A stretch of DNA of 64,000 nucleotides, taken from Bacillota bacterium. Its GTDB lineage: Bacteria; Bacillota_I; Bacilli_A; RF39; UBA660. Shown in pieces: positions 38,354-48,699 of this stretch. Under the pieces are notes generated by a model. That model searched no databases, was not told the origin of the DNA, and worked only from the letters and a program-made list of their open reading frames with translations. Positions within the stretch are counted from its first letter, which is position 1; each line of letters starts with the position of its first letter. The stretch is taken from contig SVAH01000001.1 of assembly GCA_015059485.1 (NCBI GenBank), forward strand, positions 66,724-130,723. The letters are read 5' to 3'. Made by a program: the position numbers and the translations under genes.

Positions 38354-38374
38354 AATCACTTCGGTGATTTTTTT
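38352..38374 (+). terminator. Intrinsic terminator
   Basis: aaatcac-ttcg-gtgattt followed by a T-run. Confidence 0.75.
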
Positions 38375-38415
38375 TATTAGGAAAAAGTTAATTGTTGTAA
38401 GAAAGGAATATATTT

Positions 38416-38559
38416 ATGATAGGTAAAATTTTAGGAATCATATTTTTAATATTAATAGGATTATTTACTATATGTTCTTGTAAAGTAGCTGATTGGGCTG
38501 ACCAAGAAATGGAAGAAGAATTAAAAAGGAGAGAGCAAGATGAAAAAGAAAACATATAG
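38416..38559 (+). CDS. Small membrane protein (47 aa), not in the ORF track
   Basis: AAAGGA RBS; MIGKILGIIFLILIGLFTICSCKVADWADQEMEEELKRREQDEKENI. Confidence 0.6.
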   Translation: MIGKILGIIFLILIGLFTICSCKVADWADQEMEEELKRREQDEKENI

Positions 38560-38743
38560 AGCGATAATAGATAATGATGGACATATTACAACAATGATTG
38601 TTGGTGGTGAGAGTAAGAAATCAGTTACAAAAGAGTTAACTGATTTTTTTATTAAAACGAAACAAATAAAAGATTATAGAAGATTTGATATTCATCTAAA
38701 AGAAGTAATGTATATAAATGGTGAATACAAAACTATTGAATAG
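38540..38743 (+). CDS. Hypothetical protein
   Basis: AGGAG RBS. Confidence 0.6.
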   Translation: MKKKTYRAIIDNDGHITTMIVGGESKKSVTKELTDFFIKTKQIKDYRRFDIHLKEVMYINGEYKTIE

Positions 38744-38751
38744 GTGATTTT

Positions 38752-39018
38752 ATGAAGATAGCAAAATTAAAAGAAAAACTTAAGAAGTATGAAAATATAC
38801 CATTATCAGAAATTAATATTAATGATGTTGATGAAATAACGGATATAAAGATCAATAAAAGAAAATCAAGTAATGATAGAATACTTGATTTTTTAAATAC
38901 AGTAAAAAATCCATATGTTTTTAAACATAATGGGAGATTAGTTCGAATTGGTTTTGCTGATACAAATATAACAGCAGATGAATGTATAACTAATGTACTT
39001 AAAAATCTATATAGATAA
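38752..39018 (+). CDS. DUF6870-like small protein preceding the serine recombinases
   Basis: RILDFLNTVKNPYVFK..VRIGFA pattern and position. Confidence 0.65.
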   Translation: MKIAKLKEKLKKYENIPLSEININDVDEITDIKINKRKSSNDRILDFLNTVKNPYVFKHNGRLVRIGFADTNITADECITNVLKNLYR

Positions 39019-39083
39019 TTTTGCACCTTAGTACTTTTTTATATTTTTATTTATCATTTTCATAAAGTGAAAGGAGAATATCT

Positions 39084-40784
39084 ATGGCTGGTAGAGGTAA
39101 GAAAAAACTTAGTACAAATTCTACTGTTGCTAATTGGCTAGTAGGTATTTATACAAGAAGATCTTTTGATGATAATGAAGATAAAGAATCTAATACTATT
39201 ACAAATCAAAAAGAAATGATTAATAGTTTTATATCAAAAGAAAAGAATATGACAATAGTCGATTATTATGTTGACGATGGATATACTGGTACTACATTTG
39301 ATAGACCAGGATTTCAAGAGATGATGAAAGATATATCTGATGGAAGAATTAATACTATTATAGTAAAAGATTTATCTAGATTAGGAAGAAATAGTCTAGA
39401 AGTAGGTAAATATATTGAAGAGATATTTCCTATATATAATATAAGGATAATAGCTATTAATGATAATGTGGATTCGTTTAAAAGGCCAGAATCTATAAAT
39501 GATTTAATGGTTCCAATTAAAAATTTAATAAATGAAAGTTATGCCAGAGACATATCTAAAAAAGTTTCTTCTGCTTATTATACGATGGCTAGCAATGGTA
39601 AGTATGTAGCTGGTACTTCTCCTTATGGTTATACATTTGATGAGAATGATAAACATCATCTTGTAGTTGATCCAGATGAAGTTGAAATTGTTAGATTAAT
39701 ATTTAATATGGCATTAAAAGGTGATGGCAGAGTTAAGATAACAAAATATCTAAATGATCATAATATTTTATGTAGAAAAGAAATACAGCGAAGAAAAAAG
39801 TATAAATTATCATTAGAACCATTAGAAGAAACAATTAAGTATAAATGGTCAACTTCTACAATAGGAAGAATGTTAACAAGTGAAATATATATAGGTAATT
39901 TAACTCAATTGAAAACGAAAAGAGAAAGTTTTAAAAATCATAAAGTAATAAATGTAGCAAAAGAGGATTGGGTAAGATTTGAAAAAACACATGAACCTAT
40001 TATAACAAAAGCTGATTTTGATAAAATACAAGGCTTAATTAAAGTAAATGCTAAAAGATTATCAAATACTGGAGAAAGAACATATTCAATATATAATGGT
40101 GTTTTAAAATGTGCTGATTGTGGTAGAGCAATGTATAAACAAGAAGACAAAAGAGGAAATCGCCAGCTATCAAATTATTTCTGTAATACATATTTATATA
40201 TAAGCAAAACTTCTTGTAGCTCACACAAGATAAAAACGGATGATTTAAATGATATTGTTTTAGAATCCGTGCAATTACAAGTAAAGTTAGTAATTGAATT
40301 AGATAGAAGTTTAAAAAGACTGTTTTTTAAAAATAATAGAGAAACAGTTGAAAGCGAATATAAAAACAATACTAGAATAGCAGAAATAAAGATAAATAAT
40401 TTAAAGAATAAAAAAATTCAATTATATGAAGATTGGAAATTCAATAATATAGATAAAGATGAATTTATAAATCAATCTAAACTTATTGAAGAAGACATTA
40501 AATTAGTTGAAGAAAAGCTAGAATTAATAACTAAAACATATAGGGATAATATAAAAATGATTAAAAGAAATGATTATTGGATAAATCATTATAGAAGAAA
40601 TAAAAAAATAAAAAAACTAACTAGAGAAGTTATAAAAGAATTAATTGATGTTATTTATATAACTGCTGATGGTAATGTAGATATTCGTTTCAAGTATAGC
40701 AATGAATATAAAGAGTTAGTAACATACTTAGAGAATGAAGGAGCTGTTAAGAAATGTCAAAATGGAGAGTTGGTATTTACTTAA
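39084..40784 (+). CDS. Large serine recombinase 1
   Basis: YTRRS (catalytic Ser), DDGYTGTTFDRP, KDLSRLGR, recombinase domain, Zn ribbon CADC, coiled coil. Confidence 0.93.
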   Translation: MAGRGKKKLSTNSTVANWLVGIYTRRSFDDNEDKESNTITNQKEMINSFISKEKNMTIVDYYVDDGYTGTTFDRPGFQEMMKDISDGRINTIIVKDLSRLGRNSLEVGKYIEEIFPIYNIRIIAINDNVDSFKRPESINDLMVPIKNLINESYARDISKKVSSAYYTMASNGKYVAGTSPYGYTFDENDKHHLVVDPDEVEIVRLIFNMALKGDGRVKITKYLNDHNILCRKEIQRRKKYKLSLEPLEETIKYKWSTSTIGRMLTSEIYIGNLTQLKTKRESFKNHKVINVAKEDWVRFEKTHEPIITKADFDKIQGLIKVNAKRLSNTGERTYSIYNGVLKCADCGRAMYKQEDKRGNRQLSNYFCNTYLYISKTSCSSHKIKTDDLNDIVLESVQLQVKLVIELDRSLKRLFFKNNRETVESEYKNNTRIAEIKINNLKNKKIQLYEDWKFNNIDKDEFINQSKLIEEDIKLVEEKLELITKTYRDNIKMIKRNDYWINHYRRNKKIKKLTREVIKELIDVIYITADGNVDIRFKYSNEYKELVTYLENEGAVKKCQNGELVFT

Positions 40785-42322
40785 GACTATCATCTGATGA
40801 CGATGATGATAAATTAGAATCAAATAGTATTACAAACCAAAGAAGTTTAATTAACTATTATTTAGTTGATAAAAAAGATATAACTGTATATAAATGTTAT
40901 GCAGATGATGGATATACAGGAACTGATTTTGATAGACCAGGATTTCAAGAGATGATGGACGATATTAGAAATAGAAAAATAAATTGTGTAATTGTAAAAG
41001 ATTTATCTAGACTAGGAAGGAATTATATTAGTGTAGGTCATTTTATAGATGATACACTACCAAGATATAAAATTAGATTTATTGCAATAAACGATAATGT
41101 GGATTCGTTTAAAAGGCCAGAGTCTATGAATTCATTGGAAGTATATTTTAAAAATCTAATGAATGAAAGTTTTGCTAAAGATATATCAAAAAAAGTTAGA
41201 ACATCATTTGAAATAAGTAAGAAGAATGGAAACTTTATAGGAGTAGTAGCTCCATTTGGGTATTTAAAAGATCCTTATGATTGTCATAAATTTATTATAG
41301 ATAAAGAAGCCGAAAAAATTGTAAAGAAAATATTTAAACTTGCTTTAAACGGAATTAGTAGGCAGGATATAGCTAATGAATTAAATAATAGTCATATTCC
41401 AACTCCAAGTAAATATATGAAAAGTTTTTGTAAAAAAAAGTCATCAATAATTTTAGAAGAATGGAATGTTGATTCAATTGATAATATACTAAAAAATAGA
41501 ACTTATATTGGAAATTTAATTCAAGGTAAAACAACTAGAATAAGTCATAAAAAACATAACATTGTAACTGTTCCAGAAGATGAATGGATAGTTGTTCCAG
41601 ATCATCATAAAGCTATTATAGAAGAAGAAATATTTGAGCAAGTTCAAAATATCATATATAATCGTAATTCAAGAGTTAGTTCAAATGGTAAGTTCTATAA
41701 ATATACAGGTTATTTAAAATGTGCTGATTGTAATTCTACTATGAAAAAATTCAGTCGACCAAATAGCAATAGTATATTCTTTTATTGTAGTACATATATA
41801 AAAAATAAAGAATGTCATAAACATTACATTACTGAAAATGATTTGGATAATACATTGTTAGAAATTATTAATAAGTATATCGAAGTAATAACAAATCTAT
41901 CTGAAAAGATAAATAATAATATATCTATGTCATATATGGAATACGAAAAAGAGAATAAAGAATTTAAATTAATTGAATTAGATAAAGAAGAACAAAAATA
42001 TAGAAAGCTAATTAATGAGGTAAAAGATGATTATAAGAATGATTATATATCTAAGGGTGATTATGAATTATTTAAAGATAAATATATGTTTCAATTAAAT
42101 AAAATTTTGTTAGAAATAGAAGAATTAAATAATAGTAAATCAAATCAAGAAAATATTGATCGAATCAATAAAATCAAAAAGATAGGAAAGATAGATTATA
42201 TAGATAGAAATATAATTATAGAATTAATTGATAGAATTCTAATACATGAATGTGGAGACATAGAAGTTATTTTTAAATATAAAAATTTATACGAAGATGC
42301 TCTTAGGTATCTCAAATCATAG
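40754..42322 (+). CDS. Large serine recombinase 2
   Basis: YLRLS, DDGYTGTDFDRP, KDLSRLGR and Zn ribbon CADC. Confidence 0.93.
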   Translation: MSKWRVGIYLRLSSDDDDDKLESNSITNQRSLINYYLVDKKDITVYKCYADDGYTGTDFDRPGFQEMMDDIRNRKINCVIVKDLSRLGRNYISVGHFIDDTLPRYKIRFIAINDNVDSFKRPESMNSLEVYFKNLMNESFAKDISKKVRTSFEISKKNGNFIGVVAPFGYLKDPYDCHKFIIDKEAEKIVKKIFKLALNGISRQDIANELNNSHIPTPSKYMKSFCKKKSSIILEEWNVDSIDNILKNRTYIGNLIQGKTTRISHKKHNIVTVPEDEWIVVPDHHKAIIEEEIFEQVQNIIYNRNSRVSSNGKFYKYTGYLKCADCNSTMKKFSRPNSNSIFFYCSTYIKNKECHKHYITENDLDNTLLEIINKYIEVITNLSEKINNNISMSYMEYEKENKEFKLIELDKEEQKYRKLINEVKDDYKNDYISKGDYELFKDKYMFQLNKILLEIEELNNSKSNQENIDRINKIKKIGKIDYIDRNIIIELIDRILIHECGDIEVIFKYKNLYEDALRYLKS

Positions 42323-42328
42323 AAATTA

Positions 42329-42426
42329 TGGTATAATTGATTAGTAAAGTTACTTACAAAAAAGGGAGTGATTTCTATGAGTAATACAAACGAAAATCAA
42401 AGTGTTGCTAAAACCAATATCAACTG
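42329..42426 (+). promoter_or_regulatory. ICE right end supplying the rbgA promoter, RBS and N-terminus; attR at TG 42425-42426
   Basis: TGGTATAATTGA, GGAGTGATTTCT-ATG..AAAACCAATATCAAC-TG; parallels the cassette right arm (TGCTATAATTGA..GGAGTGATTCCT-ATG). Confidence 0.8.
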
Positions 42427-43252
42427 GTATCCAGGCCATATGGCTAAGACAAGAAGACTAATAGCTGAAAAATTTAAATTAATAGATATAGTATATGAAT
42501 TAGTAGATGCTAGAATACCTTATTCTTCTAAAATAAAAGATATTTATAAAATAATAATGGATAAGCCTAGAATAGTTATTATGACAAAAAAAGATTTATG
42601 TGATATGAAGATAACTAATTATTGGGTATCTTATTATGAAAATTTAGGTGCTAAGGTTATTTTAGTTGATCTTAATAATAATGAAGATTATAAAAAAATA
42701 ATTGAAGTAACTCATGAGCTTATGGATAATTTAAATATTAAAAGAGCAGAAAAAGGAATGCAAAAAAGAAATATTAGGGCGTTAGTAGTTGGTATACCAA
42801 ATGTAGGTAAATCTACATTAATTAATAAAATGGTTGGAAGAAAAGTAGTTGATACAGGAAATAGACCTGGAATTACTAAAAGTTTAACATGGTTAAAAAC
42901 TAATAGTGATATTGAATTACTTGATACACCAGGTATTTTATGGCCTAAATTAGATGATGGTAATGTTGCACTTAATCTAGCTGCAATGACTGCAATTAAA
43001 GAAGAAATACTTCCAATAGATGAAGTGGCTATTCATATACTTAAAATGTTACATGATTTTTATCCAAATATATTATTTGAAAGATATGGTATAAAAAAAC
43101 TTGACGATTTAGAGGAAGTTTATGATATAATTGGAAAGAAAATTGGTGCTTATAGGAATAATGAAACAGATTATGAAAGGGTTTCTACCTATATTGTAAA
43201 CGATATGAAGCAAGAATATATTAAAGGAGTAACATTTGATAGAAAGATATGA
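42377..43252 (+). CDS. rbgA: Ribosome biogenesis GTPase RbgA/YlqF
   Basis: INWYPGHMAK, DARIP, GIPNVGKS and DTPGILWP motifs. Confidence 0.97.
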   Translation: MSNTNENQSVAKTNINWYPGHMAKTRRLIAEKFKLIDIVYELVDARIPYSSKIKDIYKIIMDKPRIVIMTKKDLCDMKITNYWVSYYENLGAKVILVDLNNNEDYKKIIEVTHELMDNLNIKRAEKGMQKRNIRALVVGIPNVGKSTLINKMVGRKVVDTGNRPGITKSLTWLKTNSDIELLDTPGILWPKLDDGNVALNLAAMTAIKEEILPIDEVAIHILKMLHDFYPNILFERYGIKKLDDLEEVYDIIGKKIGAYRNNETDYERVSTYIVNDMKQEYIKGVTFDRKI

Positions 43253-43893
43253 AAAAAGATAGTAAAGATGTTGTAGATTTATTAAAATATGAGAAAAAAT
43301 TATATAAAGATGGCATAGAATTAATAGCAGGAGTAGACGAAGTAGGAAGAGGGCCACTTGTTGGACCAGTAGTTGCTGCTGCTGTTATTTTGCCTAAAAA
43401 ATATAAATTAGAAGGTTTAACTGATTCTAAAAAATTATCTGAAAAGAAAAGAGATTTATTTTATGAGATAATCATGAAAGACGCAGTTAGTGTAGGTATA
43501 GGGGTTATATCTGCTAAAAAGATAGATGAAGTAAATATTTATCAAGCTAGTAAACTTGCAATGTATGAAGCATTAAATAATTTAGATGTTAAACCAGAGC
43601 ATGTTTTAATAGATGCTATGCCTCTTGATTTAGAAATGTCTTCAACTAGTATAATTCATGGTGATGCATTATCTTTATCTATAGCTGCAGCTTCAGTTAT
43701 AGCAAAAGTTACAAGAGATAAAATGATGTATGAATTAGATGAAAAATATCCAATGTATGGATTTGCAAAACATAAAGGATATCCAACTAAGCTTCATATA
43801 GAAAATTTGAAAAAATATGGTGTTTTAGAAAATTATAGGTTTACATATAAGCCAGTTAGTGATTTAATTAAAGAGGTGGCTGATTTAAAATGA
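43249..43893 (+). CDS. rnhB: Ribonuclease HII
   Basis: GVDEVGRGPL, DSKKL, SIAAASVIAKVTRD and HKGY motifs. Confidence 0.97.
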   Translation: MKKDSKDVVDLLKYEKKLYKDGIELIAGVDEVGRGPLVGPVVAAAVILPKKYKLEGLTDSKKLSEKKRDLFYEIIMKDAVSVGIGVISAKKIDEVNIYQASKLAMYEALNNLDVKPEHVLIDAMPLDLEMSSTSIIHGDALSLSIAAASVIAKVTRDKMMYELDEKYPMYGFAKHKGYPTKLHIENLKKYGVLENYRFTYKPVSDLIKEVADLK

Positions 43894-45929
43894 GAAGATT
43901 TTTTACAAATAAAGTATTAAAAAATTATTTAATATTAATTGTTTCATTATTTGGAATAGAAATGATATTTAAAGCTGTAGAGGGTATGCCAATACTTAAT
44001 TGGTCAACTCTTAGAATTTTTACAGGACTTTCAATAATATCATTATTTTTAAGTGTTATTATGTCATATTGTAAGAAGTGGATATCTAACATAATATTAT
44101 TTATTGTAATTATAGTATCCACTATTTATTCTATAGCTCAAGCAGGATTTGAAAATTTTTTAGGAGTATACATATCAATAAATACATCTAGTCAACTTGG
44201 TGCTGTTAAAGAATATATAGGAGATTATTTATCATCTTTTAATAAAACTTTTTATATAATTTCAATTCCACTTATAATACTAATAATTTATACTATATTA
44301 GATGGTATTCTATTAAAAAATAAAAAAATAACAATGCACACTAAGCACGAAAATACAGTTGCAAGAGTTGTTGCAATAGTTACAGCTATAATATTGAGTA
44401 TATTTTATTATCAAACATTGTCATTAAAATTTATGCAGAACGAAATTCAATTAATAGATAATAAAACATTATTTAAAAATCCTAGTAATCCAAATATTGC
44501 TGTAAATCAATTTGGATCATTAATGTTTGGAATATTAGATGTTAAAACTGCAATTGCGCCAGTTGAAGAAGTTAATGCTGAGGTTATATTTGAAAAGCCA
44601 AATAAGCCTAGTGAACCAACAAAAGCAGATTATACTCGTGTAATTGATGATTATACTTGGAGTAAGGTTGCAGAAAATGAAAAAGATATTAATTATAAAA
44701 ATTTGAATAACTATTTTATGTCTAGACCTATTACTAATAAAAATGATTATACAGGTATGTTTGAAGGTAAAAATTTAATTGTTGTAATGATGGAATCTGT
44801 TAATAATATTATTTTAGATGAAGAGTATTATCCAAACTTTGCTAAGATATATAAAAATGGATGGTATTGGGAAAACTCTTATTCGCCAAGAAATTCATGT
44901 TCAACAGGTAATAACGAAATGACAGGTATGATAAGCCTTTATAGCATTTATCGTTCATGTACAGCAAATGTTTATATGAAAAATAAATATGAAGAGAGTA
45001 TATTCGGACTATTTAATAAAGCAAATTATTCTACTACATCATATCATAATTATACTGAAAAATATTATTATAGATCTACAATTCATAAAAATATGGGTAG
45101 TGGTAAATACTATGGTGTTGATGATCTTGAGATACCATGGAATGCAGAATATAAAGAATGGCCAAGTGATGTAACATTGATGGATAAATCAAGTGAAATA
45201 TTTACTCAAGATAGTCCATTTATGGCATGGGTAACAACAGTTTCTCCTCATCAACCATATTATTCTGATAGTGAACTTTCAAAGATGTATTATGATTATT
45301 TTAGTGATACTAATTATCCATCTAATGTAAAAAGATATATGTCAAAATTAAAAGTATTAGATGATTCTTTAGGTGAATTATTAGATATATTAGAGAAAAA
45401 AGGTATATTAGATGATACAGTGATTGTATTATATGCCGACCATTATCCTTATGGACTTTCAAATGCAGAATTATCTAAAGTACTAGGTAATGAAATAAAT
45501 ACAAATAACGAAGTAGATAGAACACCATTTGTTATTTATAATCCTAGTTTAGAACCAAGAGTATTTAGTGAATATACATCATATGCAAATATAGTTCCAA
45601 CAATTGCAAACTTATTTAATTTAGATTATGATCCAAGACTTTATATTGGCACAGATCTTTTATCAGAAGATTATGAAAATAAAGTAGTTTTTGCTGATGG
45701 CTCATGGCAAACTCCAACTGGATTCTATCACGCTTCTAATGGTAAAATGAATTATTTTGGTAATGAAACATATACAAATGAAGAAATCGTTAATATAAAT
45801 ACTAATGTAAGTAATATGATTAAATATAGTAATTTAGCAATTAAAACAGATTATTTTAATCATCTATTTACAGAAATGAATAAATATTCTAAAATAGATG
45901 ACAAAGGAGAATTAGAAAAAGAAAATTAA
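43890..45929 (+). CDS. LTA synthase family (membrane sulfatase-like) protein
   Basis: 5 TMs; NLIVVMMES, HQPY and YADHYP motifs. Confidence 0.8.
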   Translation: MRRFFTNKVLKNYLILIVSLFGIEMIFKAVEGMPILNWSTLRIFTGLSIISLFLSVIMSYCKKWISNIILFIVIIVSTIYSIAQAGFENFLGVYISINTSSQLGAVKEYIGDYLSSFNKTFYIISIPLIILIIYTILDGILLKNKKITMHTKHENTVARVVAIVTAIILSIFYYQTLSLKFMQNEIQLIDNKTLFKNPSNPNIAVNQFGSLMFGILDVKTAIAPVEEVNAEVIFEKPNKPSEPTKADYTRVIDDYTWSKVAENEKDINYKNLNNYFMSRPITNKNDYTGMFEGKNLIVVMMESVNNIILDEEYYPNFAKIYKNGWYWENSYSPRNSCSTGNNEMTGMISLYSIYRSCTANVYMKNKYEESIFGLFNKANYSTTSYHNYTEKYYYRSTIHKNMGSGKYYGVDDLEIPWNAEYKEWPSDVTLMDKSSEIFTQDSPFMAWVTTVSPHQPYYSDSELSKMYYDYFSDTNYPSNVKRYMSKLKVLDDSLGELLDILEKKGILDDTVIVLYADHYPYGLSNAELSKVLGNEINTNNEVDRTPFVIYNPSLEPRVFSEYTSYANIVPTIANLFNLDYDPRLYIGTDLLSEDYENKVVFADGSWQTPTGFYHASNGKMNYFGNETYTNEEIVNINTNVSNMIKYSNLAIKTDYFNHLFTEMNKYSKIDDKGELEKEN

Positions 45930-45962
45930 AAATAGCTAATGCATGAATAGAAAAGGTGAAAA

Positions 45963-47981
45963 ATGAAAAACTTAGTTATAGTGGAATCTCCACATAAAAG
46001 TCATACAATTGGTGCTTATTTAGGAAGTGATTATAAAGTAGTAGCTTCAGTAGGACATATAAGAGATTTAGCAACTTCTGGAAAGTTTGGGCTAGGAGTA
46101 GATGTAGAAAATAATTTTACTCCTAGTTATATTCCTATTAAGGGTAAGAAAAAACTGATAAACGATTTAGTAAAAGATGTTAAAAATAGTGATAAAATTT
46201 ATCTTGCAACAGACCCAGACCGTGAAGGGGAAGCTATATCTTGGCATTTAAAAGAAGCTTTAGATATAAATGATAAGGACTATGAGAGAATAGTATTTAA
46301 CGAAATTACCAAAAATGTAGTATTAGATTCATTCAATAATGCTAGAAAAATTGATATGGACTTGGTTAAAAGTCAAGAAACAAGAAGAATACTTGATAGA
46401 ATTATTGGATTTAGATTATCCAAGTTAATGCAATCTAAAACAGGTGGAAAGAGCGCTGGACGTGTTCAAAGTGCAGTGTTAAAACTTATTGTTGATCGTG
46501 AACGCGAAATAGAGGCATTTAAAGAAGAAGAATACTATACAATAGAAGCTGATTTTAATGAATTTAGTGCTGATCTTGAAAAATATAATGGTAAAAAAGT
46601 AGAAATTAAATCGAAAGAAGAAGCTGATAATATTTTAAATGCATTATCAGATACTTTTAAAATTGAATCTTGTGAAACTAAAGAAAAATTAAAAGCTTCT
46701 AAACCAGTGTTTAAAACATCAACTATGCAGCAAGCTGCGGTTAATAAACTTGGTTTTGCTTCATCCAAAACTATGAGTGTTGCGCAAAAGCTATATGAAG
46801 GAATTGATTTAAAAAGTGAGACAGTTGGTCTTATTACATACATGAGAACTGATTCTGAAAGAATGTCTCCAGTATTTATTGATGAAACATTCAAATTTAT
46901 TGAAGAAAACTATGGTAAAGAATATGTTGGTGTTGTCAAAAAAACAAAGAAAAAAGAAACGGATCAAGATGCTCATGAAGGTATAAGACCAACAAGCATC
47001 AAAAGAACTCCAGAAAGTATTAAGAGTTTTTTAACTCAAGATGAGTACAAATTATATAGTTTGATATATTATAGAGCGCTTGCTGCATTAATGGCAAATG
47101 CTAAAACTAATGCAACTACATTAATTTTAGAAAATAATGGATATACATTTAAATCGACTGGTAGTGTTATAACATTTGATGGATACTTGAAAGTATTTAA
47201 GGATTATGAAGATACTAAAGATACTGTTTTACCAGATCTTACTGATAAAAATGAACTTAAATCTGATAAAATTGAAGAAACACAACACTTTACAAAACCT
47301 CTTCCAAGATATACTGAAAGTTCTTTGATTAAGGAAATGGAATCATTAGGTATAGGTAGACCATCTACATATGCAAATACACTTAAAACACTAAAAGATA
47401 GAGCTTATGTAACATTAATTGAAAAGAAATTCCATCCAACTGAGATGGGTATTCAAACAAATGATAAATTACAAGAAGGCTTCTCATCAATAATAAATGT
47501 AGAATATACTGCTAAAATGGAAGAAGATTTAGATGAAATAGCTGAAAATAATAAAGATAATATTAAAGTTTTAAGAGAATTCTATGATGAATTTGAACCA
47601 ATGGTTGAAGATGCTTTTAAAACAATGGAAAAAGTTGAAGCCGAAAAAACTGGAGAATTATGTCCAGAGTGTGGTAATGAATTAGTTATTAGAAATGGAC
47701 GTTATGGTAAATTTACAGCTTGTAGTAATTATCCAGAGTGTAAATATATAAAAAAAGAAGAAAAAGAAGTTGTGAATCTAGCTACTTGTCCAAAATGTGG
47801 TGGAAATATTATAGAAAGAAAAACTAGAAGAGGTAAAGTATTCTATGGATGTAGTAATTTTCCTAAATGTGATTATGCATCTTGGTATAAACCTACTGGC
47901 GAGGCTTGTCCTGAATGTGGCGATTTACTAGTTGAAAAGAAAGACGAGATAACTTGCAATAAATGTGAATTTAAGAAATAG
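45963..47981 (+). CDS. topA: DNA topoisomerase I
   Basis: LVIVESP, ATDPDREGE, SAGRVQ, LITYMRTD and C-terminal Zn ribbons. Confidence 0.97.
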   Translation: MKNLVIVESPHKSHTIGAYLGSDYKVVASVGHIRDLATSGKFGLGVDVENNFTPSYIPIKGKKKLINDLVKDVKNSDKIYLATDPDREGEAISWHLKEALDINDKDYERIVFNEITKNVVLDSFNNARKIDMDLVKSQETRRILDRIIGFRLSKLMQSKTGGKSAGRVQSAVLKLIVDREREIEAFKEEEYYTIEADFNEFSADLEKYNGKKVEIKSKEEADNILNALSDTFKIESCETKEKLKASKPVFKTSTMQQAAVNKLGFASSKTMSVAQKLYEGIDLKSETVGLITYMRTDSERMSPVFIDETFKFIEENYGKEYVGVVKKTKKKETDQDAHEGIRPTSIKRTPESIKSFLTQDEYKLYSLIYYRALAALMANAKTNATTLILENNGYTFKSTGSVITFDGYLKVFKDYEDTKDTVLPDLTDKNELKSDKIEETQHFTKPLPRYTESSLIKEMESLGIGRPSTYANTLKTLKDRAYVTLIEKKFHPTEMGIQTNDKLQEGFSSIINVEYTAKMEEDLDEIAENNKDNIKVLREFYDEFEPMVEDAFKTMEKVEAEKTGELCPECGNELVIRNGRYGKFTACSNYPECKYIKKEEKEVVNLATCPKCGGNIIERKTRRGKVFYGCSNFPKCDYASWYKPTGEACPECGDLLVEKKDEITCNKCEFKK

Positions 47982-48001
47982 AAAATAATCTATTTCTTTT
48001 T
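47973..48001 (+). terminator. Intrinsic terminator after topA
   Basis: aagaaatag..ctatttctt followed by a T-run. Confidence 0.6.
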
Positions 48002-48050
48002 CTTTACAAATGTATGTTCGTGCTATATAATTAATATGGAGGTAATGATA

Positions 48051-48651
48051 ATGGCTAAATTATATTTTAGATATGGTGCAATGAACTGCGGTAAAACAAC
48101 AAATTTGCTTCAAGTTGCACATAACTATGAAGAAAAAAGGGATGAGTATTTTACTAGTAAAGCCTGCAATAGATACAAAAGGAGACAGTAAAGTAGTAAG
48201 TAGGCTTGGAGTTGAAAGAAAGGTTAATATATTATTAAATTCAGATGAAATTTTAACTAATTATTTAGATTTTGAAAATCTTCCAAATGCTATTATAGTA
48301 GACGAAGCACAGTTTTTAACTGAAGAACAGGTAGATGATTTATGGAAGATATCAAAAATTTTAGAAATACCAGTTTTAACTTATGGACTTAGAACAGATT
48401 TTTTGACAAATACATTTGTAGGATCTGCAAGATTACTCGCACTTGCTGATACTATTGAAGAGTTAAAAACCATATGCAAATGCGGAAAGAAGGCTACTCA
48501 AAATATGAGACTACTAAACGGAGAACCAATATTTAAAGGAGAATCGGTTTTAATAGATGAAAATAGCGGACTTGATAGTGAAAAGAAAATAGATTATGAT
48601 TATGAATCTGTATGTGGATCATGTTATCTTAAAATTAGGAAAAAATATTGA
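48051..48651 (+). pseudogene. tdk: Thymidine kinase with a 1-nt insertion (frameshift or sequencing error)
   Basis: [16 protein letters not shown] starts at 48051 in a different frame from VDEAQF, YGLRTDF and CKCG; extra A in the run 48133-48138; span 601 nt = 3n+1. Confidence 0.85.
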
Positions 48652-48699
48652 TTTTTAATAGCTTTTGTGATAACATATTTCTCTTAGGGAGGAATTATT

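Larger units (their letters stand above)
3703..42426 (+). mobile_element. Integrative conjugative element (~38.7 kb) inserted in the rbgA 5' end
   Basis: VirB4, VirD4, relaxase and tandem serine recombinases, flanked by direct copies of the KTNIN-TG half-site. Confidence 0.9.

Noticed and set aside
9385-38743. Prophage interpretation of the Rep, SSB, XRE and ArpU-like genes
   Set aside because: No terminase, capsid, tail or lysis genes; the context is a conjugation module.
42295-42320. Inverted target mimic at the ICE right end, equivalent to 3538-3584
   Set aside because: Only a weak CTTAGGTAT resemblance inside coding sequence; not convincing.
48007-48020. LexA (Cheo) box upstream of tdk (CAAATGTATGTTCG)
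   Set aside because: Only the right half matches GAAC-N4-GTTC.
48130-48142. Programmed -1 frameshift at AAAAAAG in tdk
   Set aside because: Restoring the frame needs a +1 shift, not -1.
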